A stretch of DNA of 64,000 nucleotides from assembly GCA_965222375.1 (NCBI GenBank), contig CBDCTZ010000012.1:544001-608000 (forward strand). The letters are read 5' to 3'. Shown here in pieces: positions 55,639 through 64,000 of the stretch (its first letter is position 1; the number at the start of each line of letters is the position of its first letter). A program made the position numbers and the translations under genes. Origin of the DNA: Polyangiaceae bacterium. Lineage in GTDB: Bacteria; Myxococcota_A; Polyangia; Polyangiales; Polyangiaceae. The notes under the pieces are model-generated. The model was not told the origin of the DNA and made no database searches. It saw only the letters and a list, made by a program, of their open reading frames with translations.

Positions 55639-56556
55639 ATGCGTAAACCGAAAGTTGCCTTTGTCGGCACCGGGGGAGCCGCGCGTGGAATCGCCCACCT
55701 GGGCATACTGAAAGCTTGCGAGGAGCTCGGGATCTATCCAGAGATTTTTGTCGGCGCCAGCGCCGGTGCGATCGTCGGTGCCACCTACGGCCAGGGGATC
55801 CCCCTCGACGTACTCTTGGACGGATACCGCTTGCCCTGGAAGCGACGGCACAAGGGGCCACGCTTCCACATGCGCACATTCTTCGGTGCTCCGAGGTTCT
55901 CAGACCTTCTAGACCCAGGGTATCTGACCTCGGGTGTGTTCTCCGTGAATCGTCTGGAGCGGTATCTGGCCAAGGCGCTGCCCTTGAATGACTTTCGGAA
56001 AGTCGAGAGTCGCATTCTCGTCACTGCAGTGGACATAGATCGCGCGGAGCGGGTCTTGTTCGGCAAAGGGTTCGACGCGGAAACGCCGATCAGTCGGGCT
56101 GTGGCAGCTAGCTGCTGTGTACCCGGGTTGTTCAGGCCTTACGAGATTGGCGGCCGCTACCACTTGGACGGCGAAGTGGCGCGAACGCTCTCCGCTGACG
56201 TCGCAGTGGAAGCCGGTGCAGACGTCGTGATCGTTTCCAACGTCTACCGCCCTGCGGCACAGGGAGGTCGTCGAAGCATGGCGCGGCGCGGACCCCTGCA
56301 AGTCGTCAACCAATCCCTGAACATCCTGCTGACCGAGAAGGAGCGTCGCGGACTGGATCTCTACTCCCGTACTCACCCGCGTTGTCAGTTCATCGATATT
56401 GCGCCAGACATTGGACGCTTTGGCTACTTGAACCGCTTCGCAGCCCGGGCATTGGTCATGCGGGGCTATCGTGCCGCGTTACAAGCCCTGGTGGTCGCCA
56501 AGGAACAGGGCGTTTTCGACATCGCCCGGCCCCGCCACGTCGGGCCGCCCAACTAG
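55639..56556 (+). CDS. Patatin-like phospholipase
   Basis: GGAARG..HLG, GASAG (nucleophile Ser), AS..VPGLF.P, DG. Confidence 0.92.
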   Translation: MRKPKVAFVGTGGAARGIAHLGILKACEELGIYPEIFVGASAGAIVGATYGQGIPLDVLLDGYRLPWKRRHKGPRFHMRTFFGAPRFSDLLDPGYLTSGVFSVNRLERYLAKALPLNDFRKVESRILVTAVDIDRAERVLFGKGFDAETPISRAVAASCCVPGLFRPYEIGGRYHLDGEVARTLSADVAVEAGADVVIVSNVYRPAAQGGRRSMARRGPLQVVNQSLNILLTEKERRGLDLYSRTHPRCQFIDIAPDIGRFGYLNRFAARALVMRGYRAALQALVVAKEQGVFDIARPRHVGPPN

Positions 56557-56558
56557 GC

Positions 56559-57317
56559 TCAGCGTGCCAGGATGTTGCAGGTGACGCCGTCGAGCTGTCG
56601 GCTCTCGCCACCGTCTACGGGCTTCGCGATCCAGGTTGCGCGGTTGTGTCTGTCTGAAAAGGCGTAGTGAAAGCTGAGGGGCTTGGCGGATGGCAAACCT
56701 GAGGCCACCACCGCTCGCCACGCCGCGGCCAGTGGGCACGCTGGGTCCGGCGCCACCTTGGCAGCTTGGTCGCTCTTCGTCGTGTCCGCCTTCTGGGCGT
56801 CGAGGGTAACCTCCACCACGTAGCGCTCGCTCCCGACCTCTGCCCCTGGTCCGAATCGTCCCTTGGGTTTGGCGAAGGTCGCCACGAGGTTCGAGGATGG
56901 ATCGGGTTTGCCCGAGGACACCGAGGAAATCGTCAAGCTGGTCAGGGCAGCATCGGCATCCCACGCCCGCGCCTTGCGCCAGGCCCTCGCTAGAGACCTG
57001 TCTGCGTCGAAGGATCGCGCCGTGATTTCATTGACGGCGCTCGGCAGGGGCAGAGCGGCGCTGGCCGTTGTCGCAGCTTCGGGTTGGGGCCCCAGCGTCC
57101 AGTACAAGATAGCTACGCCTGCCGTCACAACCGCCGCACCCAACAGGATCACTGGGCCCATGGACTTGGAGGCCTCTTGCGGCCGAGCGGCGACGCCTCG
57201 CCGAGGTTCGGCTCGCCGCTCCGAAAAGTCCGGGAGCATCTCGCCACAGGTCGGGCAGCGACCACCTCCGGTCGATACGAAGCTCTGGCACGCCGGGCAT
57301 TGAGGATGCGCACTCAC
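56559..57317 (-). CDS. Zinc-ribbon, single-TM hypothetical protein
   Basis: CPAC...CPTCG N-terminus, TM, extracytoplasmic domain; GTGA coupling with the upstream gene sets the start at 57317. Confidence 0.7.
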   Translation of the reverse strand: MSAHPQCPACQSFVSTGGGRCPTCGEMLPDFSERRAEPRRGVAARPQEASKSMGPVILLGAAVVTAGVAILYWTLGPQPEAATTASAALPLPSAVNEITARSFDADRSLARAWRKARAWDADAALTSLTISSVSSGKPDPSSNLVATFAKPKGRFGPGAEVGSERYVVEVTLDAQKADTTKSDQAAKVAPDPACPLAAAWRAVVASGLPSAKPLSFHYAFSDRHNRATWIAKPVDGGESRQLDGVTCNILAR

Positions 57318-57985
57318 GGCAGTTGGAAGTCCTCCACGATTTCTACGACGGTGAATCCCTCGTCTGTAGGCCGCAGTACGAAGTTGACTTCGTCGCCGAA
57401 CAGGCGCGTGCGCCCGACCCGAGGCGTCGCGATGAACACCCTGACCAGCACGTCCTGTCCGTGGATGGCCCGCGGCAGCGTCCTCCCGGGCGACAGGGCG
57501 CCTATGTCTTGGGCGCGATAGGTCTGCACTTCGGCTTCGCGGTACAGAGAGTTCAGGTTTAGCTTGGTGTAGTCGACGCGGGCCATGCGCGTTTGCATGA
57601 AGTGCCGAGCGCGCTGCCGTCCGCCTCTCGGACCTGTGTTGAACCAAGCTTGTTCGTCAATCAACGGTTCCAAGTCGCTGAAGGAGCCTTGGAGCATCGA
57701 CTCGAAGAAGCGCTTGACGATTTGTCGTGCCACCGATGCATCCGGAGGCACCTTTAACTGTGCGATGCCTGCCGTGGTGGCGGCGCTGGACGCTGGGGAG
57801 GGCAGTTCAGAGGTGGGGTCAATCGCGACACCGGGAGCCTTCCGAGGCTCTTCTTCATCGAACTCCGCCGCCGAATCGAACTGCAGCGCCGAGTTCGACG
57901 CGCAACCGCACACGCACAGGACGAGGGTCAGCGCTGTGTGGAGGCGGGTCTCCCGGGAACTAGAGGGGCTCGATGTGCGGGTCAT
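57314..57985 (-). CDS. Hypothetical lipoprotein
   Basis: Hydrophobic segment ending VCGC; NTF2-like helix/strand pattern. Confidence 0.65.
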   Translation of the reverse strand: MTRTSSPSSSRETRLHTALTLVLCVCGCASNSALQFDSAAEFDEEEPRKAPGVAIDPTSELPSPASSAATTAGIAQLKVPPDASVARQIVKRFFESMLQGSFSDLEPLIDEQAWFNTGPRGGRQRARHFMQTRMARVDYTKLNLNSLYREAEVQTYRAQDIGALSPGRTLPRAIHGQDVLVRVFIATPRVGRTRLFGDEVNFVLRPTDEGFTVVEIVEDFQLP

Positions 57986-58790
57986 CCGTGCGCGTCAAGG
58001 TGACGATGCACGGTCCGTCCACGCGTGTCCAGTTCGCTGGCACCGTTCCCAGTTCCGACGCAATCAGGGAAAAGCGAGTGCTTTCGATGCTGGGGATGCG
58101 GGTCTTGCGCAGGCCTTCCTCGCCGAGCAGTTCCTCCACGTCGTGGCGGCCGCGCAGGACCCGGTAGCCCATGGTCCCATTGCGATGCACAGCGACCATG
58201 TGCTCGCCATTGGTCACGACAATGTCGCCTCGATTCGGAGAGTGGCCCTCCTCGGCGCTCAAGCGGTCGACCAGAGCGATTGAGGACCTGAGCGCGTGCG
58301 CCACCGCCTCTGGGCCGACCTGTGGCTCGTTCAGGTGGCCGGCGTCGTGCAGGAAGGACAGGAACAGGTAGAAGAACATTTCGCTGTCCGTGTCGCCACG
58401 GACGTTGCGTCTCAAGAACTTGGGCTGAGATTCCAACAGCCGGTCTCTCAGGCGATCAAAACCGACGATGGTTCCAGTCTGAGCGAACAGCCACGAGCGA
58501 TAGCGGAATGGGTGGGTGTTCTCGGTGCGCAGAGCCCCAACTGTGGCGCGGCGCACGTGGCCCAGCAGAATGTCCGTGCGCACGTTCTCGGCGGCTTCGG
58601 TCAGATCAATCTCAGGACGTTCGTCAATGGGCCGCCGACGCAGTAGGACCTCCCCGGATTGGTAGAATCCGATCCCCCAACCCACGGGTTCACCCGGCTG
58701 GGTGGCAATGGTCAGCGTTGGCGCGTGCAAGGCGAGCACTTGGGCGCCCAGGTCCGCCCGGTTGCCTATGAATGCGAACATGCGCGCCAT
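57960..58790 (-). CDS. Class II glutamine amidotransferase (EgtC/YafJ-like) homologue, catalytic residues substituted
   Basis: GWGIGFY, HVRRATVG..ENTHPF, GDTDSE; starts MAR instead of MCR and has FAQTG instead of FxHNG. Confidence 0.85.
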   Translation of the reverse strand: MARMFAFIGNRADLGAQVLALHAPTLTIATQPGEPVGWGIGFYQSGEVLLRRRPIDERPEIDLTEAAENVRTDILLGHVRRATVGALRTENTHPFRYRSWLFAQTGTIVGFDRLRDRLLESQPKFLRRNVRGDTDSEMFFYLFLSFLHDAGHLNEPQVGPEAVAHALRSSIALVDRLSAEEGHSPNRGDIVVTNGEHMVAVHRNGTMGYRVLRGRHDVEELLGEEGLRKTRIPSIESTRFSLIASELGTVPANWTRVDGPCIVTLTRTDDPHIEPL

Positions 58791-58833
58791 TCAGGTTCTC
58801 CCAAGCTCCAAGGAGCCAGCGACGGTTCTCGAT

Positions 58834-58862
58834 AGCATGATCCGACTTCAGGGGGTTGTCAC
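58834..58862 (-). promoter_or_regulatory. Candidate sigma70 promoter for the amidotransferase-like operon
   Basis: Minus strand GTGACA, 17 nt, CATGCT; RBS GGGAGA before ATG 58790. Confidence 0.4.
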
Positions 58863-59021
58863 ATGATGCCTGTGAACGTTTAGGTCCTCAGAGCGGTGTA
58901 GACCAGGCTAAAACGAGCCCGCCCTGCCGCAAGCGTCAAGCGTCTTGTCCGTGAGACGCGCGAATGTGCCCAAAGATTCCCCTGTTTTGGGCGTGGCCGC
59001 CAAAAGAGTAGAGTCCCCTCC

Positions 59022-59762
59022 GTGAAACTCGAAGAATTCAAAGAGCAGCTGCTCGAAATCATGGAGGCAAAGCACCATTTTGCATGGCCCGCTTTCACCT
59101 CCGGCAAAGTTCCCCGGGACAGGCTGCATCTGCACTTGGAGCAGGAATACGCAACCTATGTCCGCGACTTTCCGATCCTGGTGGCCCGGGCCTATGTGTG
59201 CTGTCCGATTGCGAGTGTGCGCCGCGAACTCATCGAAAATGTTTATGAAGAGGAGACCGGCGGCTTGGCCGCCGGGCGCCCCCACCCTGAGCTGTTTCTG
59301 GAAGTCCCCCGTGGCCTTGGAATGGACCTGGCCCGTTTCGATCACGTGGAGCTTTTGCCCGAGGCAGCCGAGTACCGCGCCTATCTCGACGCCGTCACAG
59401 CCGAAAAGTGGGACGTTGGCGCGGCCGTCACGACCCTTTTCGTGGAAGGGACCCGCTACGAACGAGGCGAGCTCGATCCGGCTGCGCCGAAACGCCCTGA
59501 GCCACCCCTGAGCGAGCACCCCTTGGTGAAGCACTATGGCCTTCCCGAAGCATCTCTCGCCCTGACCCGTGCCCACCGAAGCGTGGAAGGAGAGCACCGC
59601 GCGGCGGCATGGCGAACGGTATTGGGCTCCGTCGCCGCGGAGCGTCGTGCGGCGGTCATCGAGTCCATGCGTGGCGCACTGGCCGCTTGGCTCCGGTACC
59701 GAGATGGTGTTGCCATCGCATGCGGCGTAGGTCGCGACGAGAGCGAAGGGCGGAGCGGTTGA
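59022..59762 (+). CDS. Heme-oxygenase-like diiron (PqqC/CADD/TenA superfamily) redox enzyme
   Basis: EN..EE......H, EG, H...E..H ligand pattern. Confidence 0.8.
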   Translation: MKLEEFKEQLLEIMEAKHHFAWPAFTSGKVPRDRLHLHLEQEYATYVRDFPILVARAYVCCPIASVRRELIENVYEEETGGLAAGRPHPELFLEVPRGLGMDLARFDHVELLPEAAEYRAYLDAVTAEKWDVGAAVTTLFVEGTRYERGELDPAAPKRPEPPLSEHPLVKHYGLPEASLALTRAHRSVEGEHRAAAWRTVLGSVAAERRAAVIESMRGALAAWLRYRDGVAIACGVGRDESEGRSG

Positions 59763-60466
59763 GCGCCTTCGTAGCTGGCGCCACGGGCTACACGGGGCGG
59801 GCAGTGGTTCAGCTGCTCTGTGAGCGTGGCCTTGAGGTGATCGCCCATGTACGCCCCGACTCACCGCGCCTGGCTGAACACGAATCGTGGTTCGGTTCGG
59901 TTGGCGCCGTCATGGATGCCACGCCTTGGGAAGCCAGCGCCCTGCAGTGTCGCTTGAAGCAGCTTACCCCGGACCTGGTGTTTGCTCTGCTCGGGACAAC
60001 CAAGGCCCGAGTCAGGGCGTCCAAGCGGGTGGGGGTGCGCGAGAGCTACGAGAGCGTGGATTACGGACTGACTGTGATGTTGCTGCAGGCCGCACTTGCC
60101 TGCGAGCCCCAGCCACGTTTCGTGTATCTGTCTGCCGCTGGGGTCAGCGAAGGCGCCCGGGGAGCGTACCACCGGGCCCGGGTCCGGGCGGAGCGGGAAA
60201 TCACACACTCGGGCATGGCGTATATCCTCGCCCGCCCCAGCTTCATCAGCGGAGACCGCAGCGAGGCCCGGCCCGGTGAGACCATTGGCGCAGCGGTCGC
60301 GGACGCCGCCCTTGGACTGGCGTCGACTCTCGGTGCTCGGCGTTTGGCTGGGCGCTACAAGTCGATGACCGCCCGGCAGCTTGCGCATGGATTGGTTGGC
60401 GCTGCACTTGCGCGTGGGCCACGCGAAATCATCTTGGAAGCGGAAGCGCTTCGCGGCGCGGGCTAG
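59759..60466 (+). CDS. NAD(P)-binding Rossmann-fold protein (atypical SDR, YraR/TIP30-like)
   Basis: AGATGYTG, ALLGTT, VDY, YLSA.G, Y, RPS.I.G.R...RPGE; TTGA overlap. Confidence 0.85.
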   Translation: MSAFVAGATGYTGRAVVQLLCERGLEVIAHVRPDSPRLAEHESWFGSVGAVMDATPWEASALQCRLKQLTPDLVFALLGTTKARVRASKRVGVRESYESVDYGLTVMLLQAALACEPQPRFVYLSAAGVSEGARGAYHRARVRAEREITHSGMAYILARPSFISGDRSEARPGETIGAAVADAALGLASTLGARRLAGRYKSMTARQLAHGLVGAALARGPREIILEAEALRGAG

Positions 60467-60542
60467 ACCGCGTAACTGCAGGGTGTGCGGTGGCTCCAGT
60501 CCGCGAATGCGGGCGTGCCAACTTGTGATAGCCTCCGCCACG

Positions 60543-61340
60543 ATGAAACGATTCGGCATCTGCGTGGCAACCGCTCTGCTGCTCTCGTCGGTCGGGTGTG
60601 GGGCGGTCTACCCGGAACTCAAGACGCCGGTGCGCCCCGCGCCCCCGGGGGCGCTGTCGCCACCTCCCCCCGAGGACCTAGTATTCATTCGCTTTTCTCG
60701 CGCAGAGATCCCACCGACGACCCGTGATGGTCGCAAGTGGGACTCAGTCGGTGGTGACGCGCCGGACCCTTTCGCGAAAGTGTTCGTCGACGACAAGGAG
60801 CTTTTTCGAACCCCGGTGCAGTCCAACACGTTGACGCCGACTTGGCCTGACGCAGAGCGCGCGAACTACCGTGTTCCGAAGGGCAGCCGGATTCGCGTTG
60901 AGCTCTGGGATTCCAACGCTCTCAACCACCAGCCCATTTGCATGCGCAAGATAAGCAATCTGCACAATCAGGTGTCCTCGGAGGCCCTGGAACTCACCTG
61001 CGACAGTGGCGCGAAGATCCTGATGCGGGTCGAGCCTGCCCACGCCGTGATGGGGCTTGGTTTCCTGTACGAACTTCGAACCCTGGATGTGTACGTCACC
61101 CGGGTCGCCAAGGAGTCCCCGGCCAATCGAGTCGGACTGCTGCCCGGTGACCAACTGGTCAAGATCCAGGGCAAGGTTGCCCGCGACATGCAGGAGGGGG
61201 AGGCCAAGAGTTTGATCAACACCCACAGCCGCACCGGCTTGAACCTCACAGTAAAACACCCAGATGGATCCGTTGCGGATTTGACGCTCAAGGAGGGCCC
61301 CATCTACCCTATGCGAAGCGACGACATCGCGATCCCCTGA
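60543..61340 (+). CDS. Lipoprotein with C2 and PDZ domains
   Basis: Lipobox SVGC; C2 (D...WD....PDPF.KV...RT.V..NTL.P.W...VELWD); PDZ (GLGF...V..V...SPA...GL.PGD.L..I.G). Confidence 0.8.
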   Translation: MKRFGICVATALLLSSVGCGAVYPELKTPVRPAPPGALSPPPPEDLVFIRFSRAEIPPTTRDGRKWDSVGGDAPDPFAKVFVDDKELFRTPVQSNTLTPTWPDAERANYRVPKGSRIRVELWDSNALNHQPICMRKISNLHNQVSSEALELTCDSGAKILMRVEPAHAVMGLGFLYELRTLDVYVTRVAKESPANRVGLLPGDQLVKIQGKVARDMQEGEAKSLINTHSRTGLNLTVKHPDGSVADLTLKEGPIYPMRSDDIAIP

Positions 61341-61342
61341 GG

Positions 61343-61371
61343 TTGACGCTCGCGTTCGCCGCCCGCATCTT
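61343..61371 (+). promoter_or_regulatory. Candidate leaderless sigma70 promoter for ygfZ
   Basis: TTGACG, 17 nt, CATCTT, then 6 nt to ATG 61378; no SD. Confidence 0.45.
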
Positions 61372-61377
61372 TGCCCC

Positions 61378-62235
61378 ATGCTCAGCGGTCAGGCAGGGTC
61401 TCCTATCGTCGTCGTGGAAGCGGAGCGCGGTGTTCTCCAGGTCACAGGCGCCGACCGCGTTAGCTGGTTGAACGGGATCGTGAGCTGCGAATTGTCCGGA
61501 CTCGCACCTGGCGGTGGGGCCTACGGCCTACTGCTGAGCAAGCAGGGCAAGATTCAGACGGATCTAGATATCATTGCCAGCGGTGATGCGCTGTTCATCA
61601 GCGTGGCACCGGGCCAGGCTGACTCCGCGGCGAAGGCGCTGGACCGCATGCTGATCATGGAGGATGCGGAGCTCGCGGATCGGAGCGATGAGCTCGCGAG
61701 CGTGCGAGTGCACGGCGCCGAGGCAGCCCGATGGCTGCAAAGCCACGGATCGCTGCTTGCGCACGCTCCGATCAGCTGGACTGGCGCGGGTGGCGCCTGC
61801 GCAATTATCGAGCGAGGCGAGCTGGGCCGCCTGACCAAGCACGCGGACCTGGGGGCCTGGAACCAGCTGCGTATCGAGCGTGGCTTCGGCGTCATGGGCG
61901 TGGACTACGATGCCAGCGACAACCCGCATGAGGCAGCGCTGGACCGAGTTGCGGTGAGTTTTTCAAAGGGCTGCTACTTGGGCCAGGAAGTGGTTTGCAT
62001 GCAAGACATGCGCGGCAAGCTGAAGCGACGTTTGTGCATCGTGAAAGCGCAAGGCGCAGAGCTGTCGCCGGGCATGCCCGTCAGCCAAGGGTCCGAAGAA
62101 GTCGGCGAGGTGCGCAGCGTTGCGCCCAAGGGCGGCCTGTGCTTGGCGCGGGTTTCGGCTCCGCATTTCGAGCCGGGGACAGCGCTCCGCGTCGCCGGCG
62201 CGAGCGCCCAGGTAGTAGAGCCACCGGCGGCGTGA
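61378..62235 (+). CDS. ygfZ: Folate-binding Fe-S/tRNA-modification protein YgfZ
   Basis: V.G.D...WL.G, L...GKI..D, signature KGCYLGQE. Confidence 0.9.
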   Translation: MLSGQAGSPIVVVEAERGVLQVTGADRVSWLNGIVSCELSGLAPGGGAYGLLLSKQGKIQTDLDIIASGDALFISVAPGQADSAAKALDRMLIMEDAELADRSDELASVRVHGAEAARWLQSHGSLLAHAPISWTGAGGACAIIERGELGRLTKHADLGAWNQLRIERGFGVMGVDYDASDNPHEAALDRVAVSFSKGCYLGQEVVCMQDMRGKLKRRLCIVKAQGAELSPGMPVSQGSEEVGEVRSVAPKGGLCLARVSAPHFEPGTALRVAGASAQVVEPPAA

Positions 62236-62250
62236 TAGCGTCCCGGCGCA

Positions 62251-63201
62251 ATGGCGAACACGCCGTCTCCGCCTACAGATCGACGCAGCGAGAGCGGCTA
62301 TCGGGTTGCTGACGACGCCCTCGGCCTGGTCGGCGCTACGCCTTTGGTTCGGCTCGCCCGGCTGAGTCCCGACGGAGGCGCGAGCGTCTGGGGCAAAGCC
62401 GAATTCGTGAACCCAGGCGGCAGCGTCAAAGACCGCCCAGCGCTGTACATGGTGCTGTCGGCGGAGGGCGATGGAAAGCTGTCCCCAGGCTCGACGATGA
62501 TCGAGGCGACCAGCGGCAATACGGGAATCAGCTTGGCAATGATCGCTGCAGTGCGAGGCTATCGCTGCGTCTTGGTCATGCCCGAGGACATGAGTCTGGA
62601 GCGGCGCTACATCCTGCGCGCCTATGGCGCGGAGATCGTTCTGACCCCAGCTCTGGATGGGATGGCAGGCGCGGTCGAGCGCGCCCAAGCCTTGCTCTCA
62701 GAAACGGATGGCGGGTTCATGCCGAGCCAGTTCGAGAACCTCAACAATCCCCTCAGTCACGAGAAGACAACGGCCAAAGAAGTGATCGAGCAGGCTGGTC
62801 CCGACTTGGCGGCCTTTGTCGCGGGGGTCGGCACTGGCGGCACCGTGACGGGAACTGGCCGTGCTCTGAAGCAAGAGAGCGCCGGGGTGAAGGTAGTCGC
62901 CGTGGAACCGCAGTCGAGCGCTGTGTTGAGCGGCAAACCTCCCGGCATGCATGGCATCCAAGGGCTCGGCGCCGGCTTCGTTCCGGAAATCGTGGACCGC
63001 AGCGTGATCGACGAGATCATCTCGGTGAGCGATGTGGCCGCGGAGCGTATGGCTCGACGCTTGGCTCGGGAAGAAGGCTTGCTGGTCGGACCCAGTGCCG
63101 GTGCCAACGTGCACGCGGCCGTCGAAGTCGCCAAGGCACTTCCTCAGCGGGCACGGGTTGTCACCGTGCTGTGCGATTCCGGCGAACGCTACTTGTTTTG
63201 A
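62251..63201 (+). CDS. cysK: Cysteine synthase (O-acetylserine sulfhydrylase A)
   Basis: NPGGSVKDR (PLP Lys), EATSGNTG, QFEN, GVGTGGT, HGIQGLGAGFVP, D.GERY. Confidence 0.93.
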   Translation: MANTPSPPTDRRSESGYRVADDALGLVGATPLVRLARLSPDGGASVWGKAEFVNPGGSVKDRPALYMVLSAEGDGKLSPGSTMIEATSGNTGISLAMIAAVRGYRCVLVMPEDMSLERRYILRAYGAEIVLTPALDGMAGAVERAQALLSETDGGFMPSQFENLNNPLSHEKTTAKEVIEQAGPDLAAFVAGVGTGGTVTGTGRALKQESAGVKVVAVEPQSSAVLSGKPPGMHGIQGLGAGFVPEIVDRSVIDEIISVSDVAAERMARRLAREEGLLVGPSAGANVHAAVEVAKALPQRARVVTVLCDSGERYLF

Positions 63202-63981
63202 TTATTTCCCCTGAAACGTTGGATCTCGGCGTTGGGCCCAAGCCAAGACGCCCTCCATCATGTCCTCGGATGCAAGCAATTCGAGCTGCCCCGCTTTCTC
63301 TCGAGCAAGGGCGTCTTCGATACCGCCGCGGTAGCTCTCGCGCACGCTGCGCCGGATTTGCGCCAGCGCCAAAGGTGGTCCCTTGGCGAGCTCACCAGCC
63401 AATTCCTGACTGGTGCGCAGCAACGCCTCTGTTTCAACCACGCGATTCGTCAGACCCAGATGCAACGCCAGGCCCGCATCGATCTTGCTCCCGAAGAGCA
63501 GCAACTCCATGGCGCGTCCGAGCCCGACCAGTCGTGGCAACCAGAAAGTGCCTCCTCCGTCGGGCATCAAGCCGATTTTGACGAACTTCTCTTGCAGATA
63601 GCTGCGGGTCGTCATGACGCGAAGGTCACACGCCAGGGCAAGATCCGCCCCAAAGCCAACAGCCGGTCCATCCACTGCAGCGACAAATGGCTTTGGCGCT
63701 GACACGATCGCACGAATGAGCGCATGAAACTCTTTGATGCGCTCGTTCATGTCCACGTCGGCTTCGCTCATTACCGCCTTGAGATCCGCACCGGAGCAAA
63801 AGCTCTCGCCCGAGCCGGTCAAGATGACCGCCCGCACCGAGTCGTCTTCGCTCACGGTCCTCAACGCCTGGCCGAGTTCCAAAACCAGCGCGCGGTTGAG
63901 CGCGTTCTTGGTTCCGGGTCGATTGAGCGCCAAGGTTGCGACGGCATCCTTGGTCGAGACGAGTAGGGGCGGGTCGCTCAT
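63202..63981 (-). CDS. Enoyl-CoA hydratase/isomerase (PaaG-like isomerase type)
   Basis: FCSGADL, G.AVGFG.DLALACD, F.KIGL.PD.GG (Asp-type active site). Confidence 0.9.
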   Translation of the reverse strand: MSDPPLLVSTKDAVATLALNRPGTKNALNRALVLELGQALRTVSEDDSVRAVILTGSGESFCSGADLKAVMSEADVDMNERIKEFHALIRAIVSAPKPFVAAVDGPAVGFGADLALACDLRVMTTRSYLQEKFVKIGLMPDGGGTFWLPRLVGLGRAMELLLFGSKIDAGLALHLGLTNRVVETEALLRTSQELAGELAKGPPLALAQIRRSVRESYRGGIEDALAREKAGQLELLASEDMMEGVLAWAQRRDPTFQGK

Positions 63982-64000
63982 GGCGTGGGAGGCTCGTGCG

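Noticed and set aside
57318..57647. N-terminal extension of ORF 56559..57647 overlapping the lipoprotein gene
   Set aside because: Arg-rich junk translation; GTGA coupling at 57317 is the likelier start.
59022..59762. CADD-type pABA synthase or true PqqC
   Set aside because: No fol or pqq neighbours, and no Tyr in the N-terminal HHFAW segment where CADD has its sacrificial Tyr; left at superfamily level.

Overview
GC-rich, gene-dense bacterial chromosomal segment of about 60 CDS. I found no rRNA, tRNA, CRISPR array or mobile element. The gene content points to a myxobacterium (Myxococcota, probably Polyangiales-like; this is inference): TIGR02266-type PilZ, Glt-like TPR/TonB-type cluster, Ser/Thr kinase, FHA and PP2C proteins, and a Cys-rich lipoprotein. 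Housekeeping genes are pmbA, larB/larC, ltaE, era-der, maf, an RluA/RluD synthase, ygfZ, cysK and two crotonases. The main accessory block (about 26.2-43.0 kb) has an ECF sigma/anti-sigma pair divergent from a tightly coupled Glt/Nfs-paralogue operon (TPR proteins, GltD/E/F-like). That operon carries a degenerate TolQ/ExbB-like gene. It is followed by a GltG-like TonB-type protein behind a consensus sigmaE-type promoter, then a sigma70-driven beta-barrel + short OPX polysaccharide export module. Other notable items: an ACP plus two KS-CLF fusion genes, a class II amidotransferase lacking its catalytic residues, a C2-PDZ lipoprotein, an ABC permease with a large HEAT-like insertion in an FHA/PP2C operon, a 42%-acidic small protein overlapping a convergent gene, and many leaderless-type promoters. 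All calls come from reading motifs by eye; no database searches were run.
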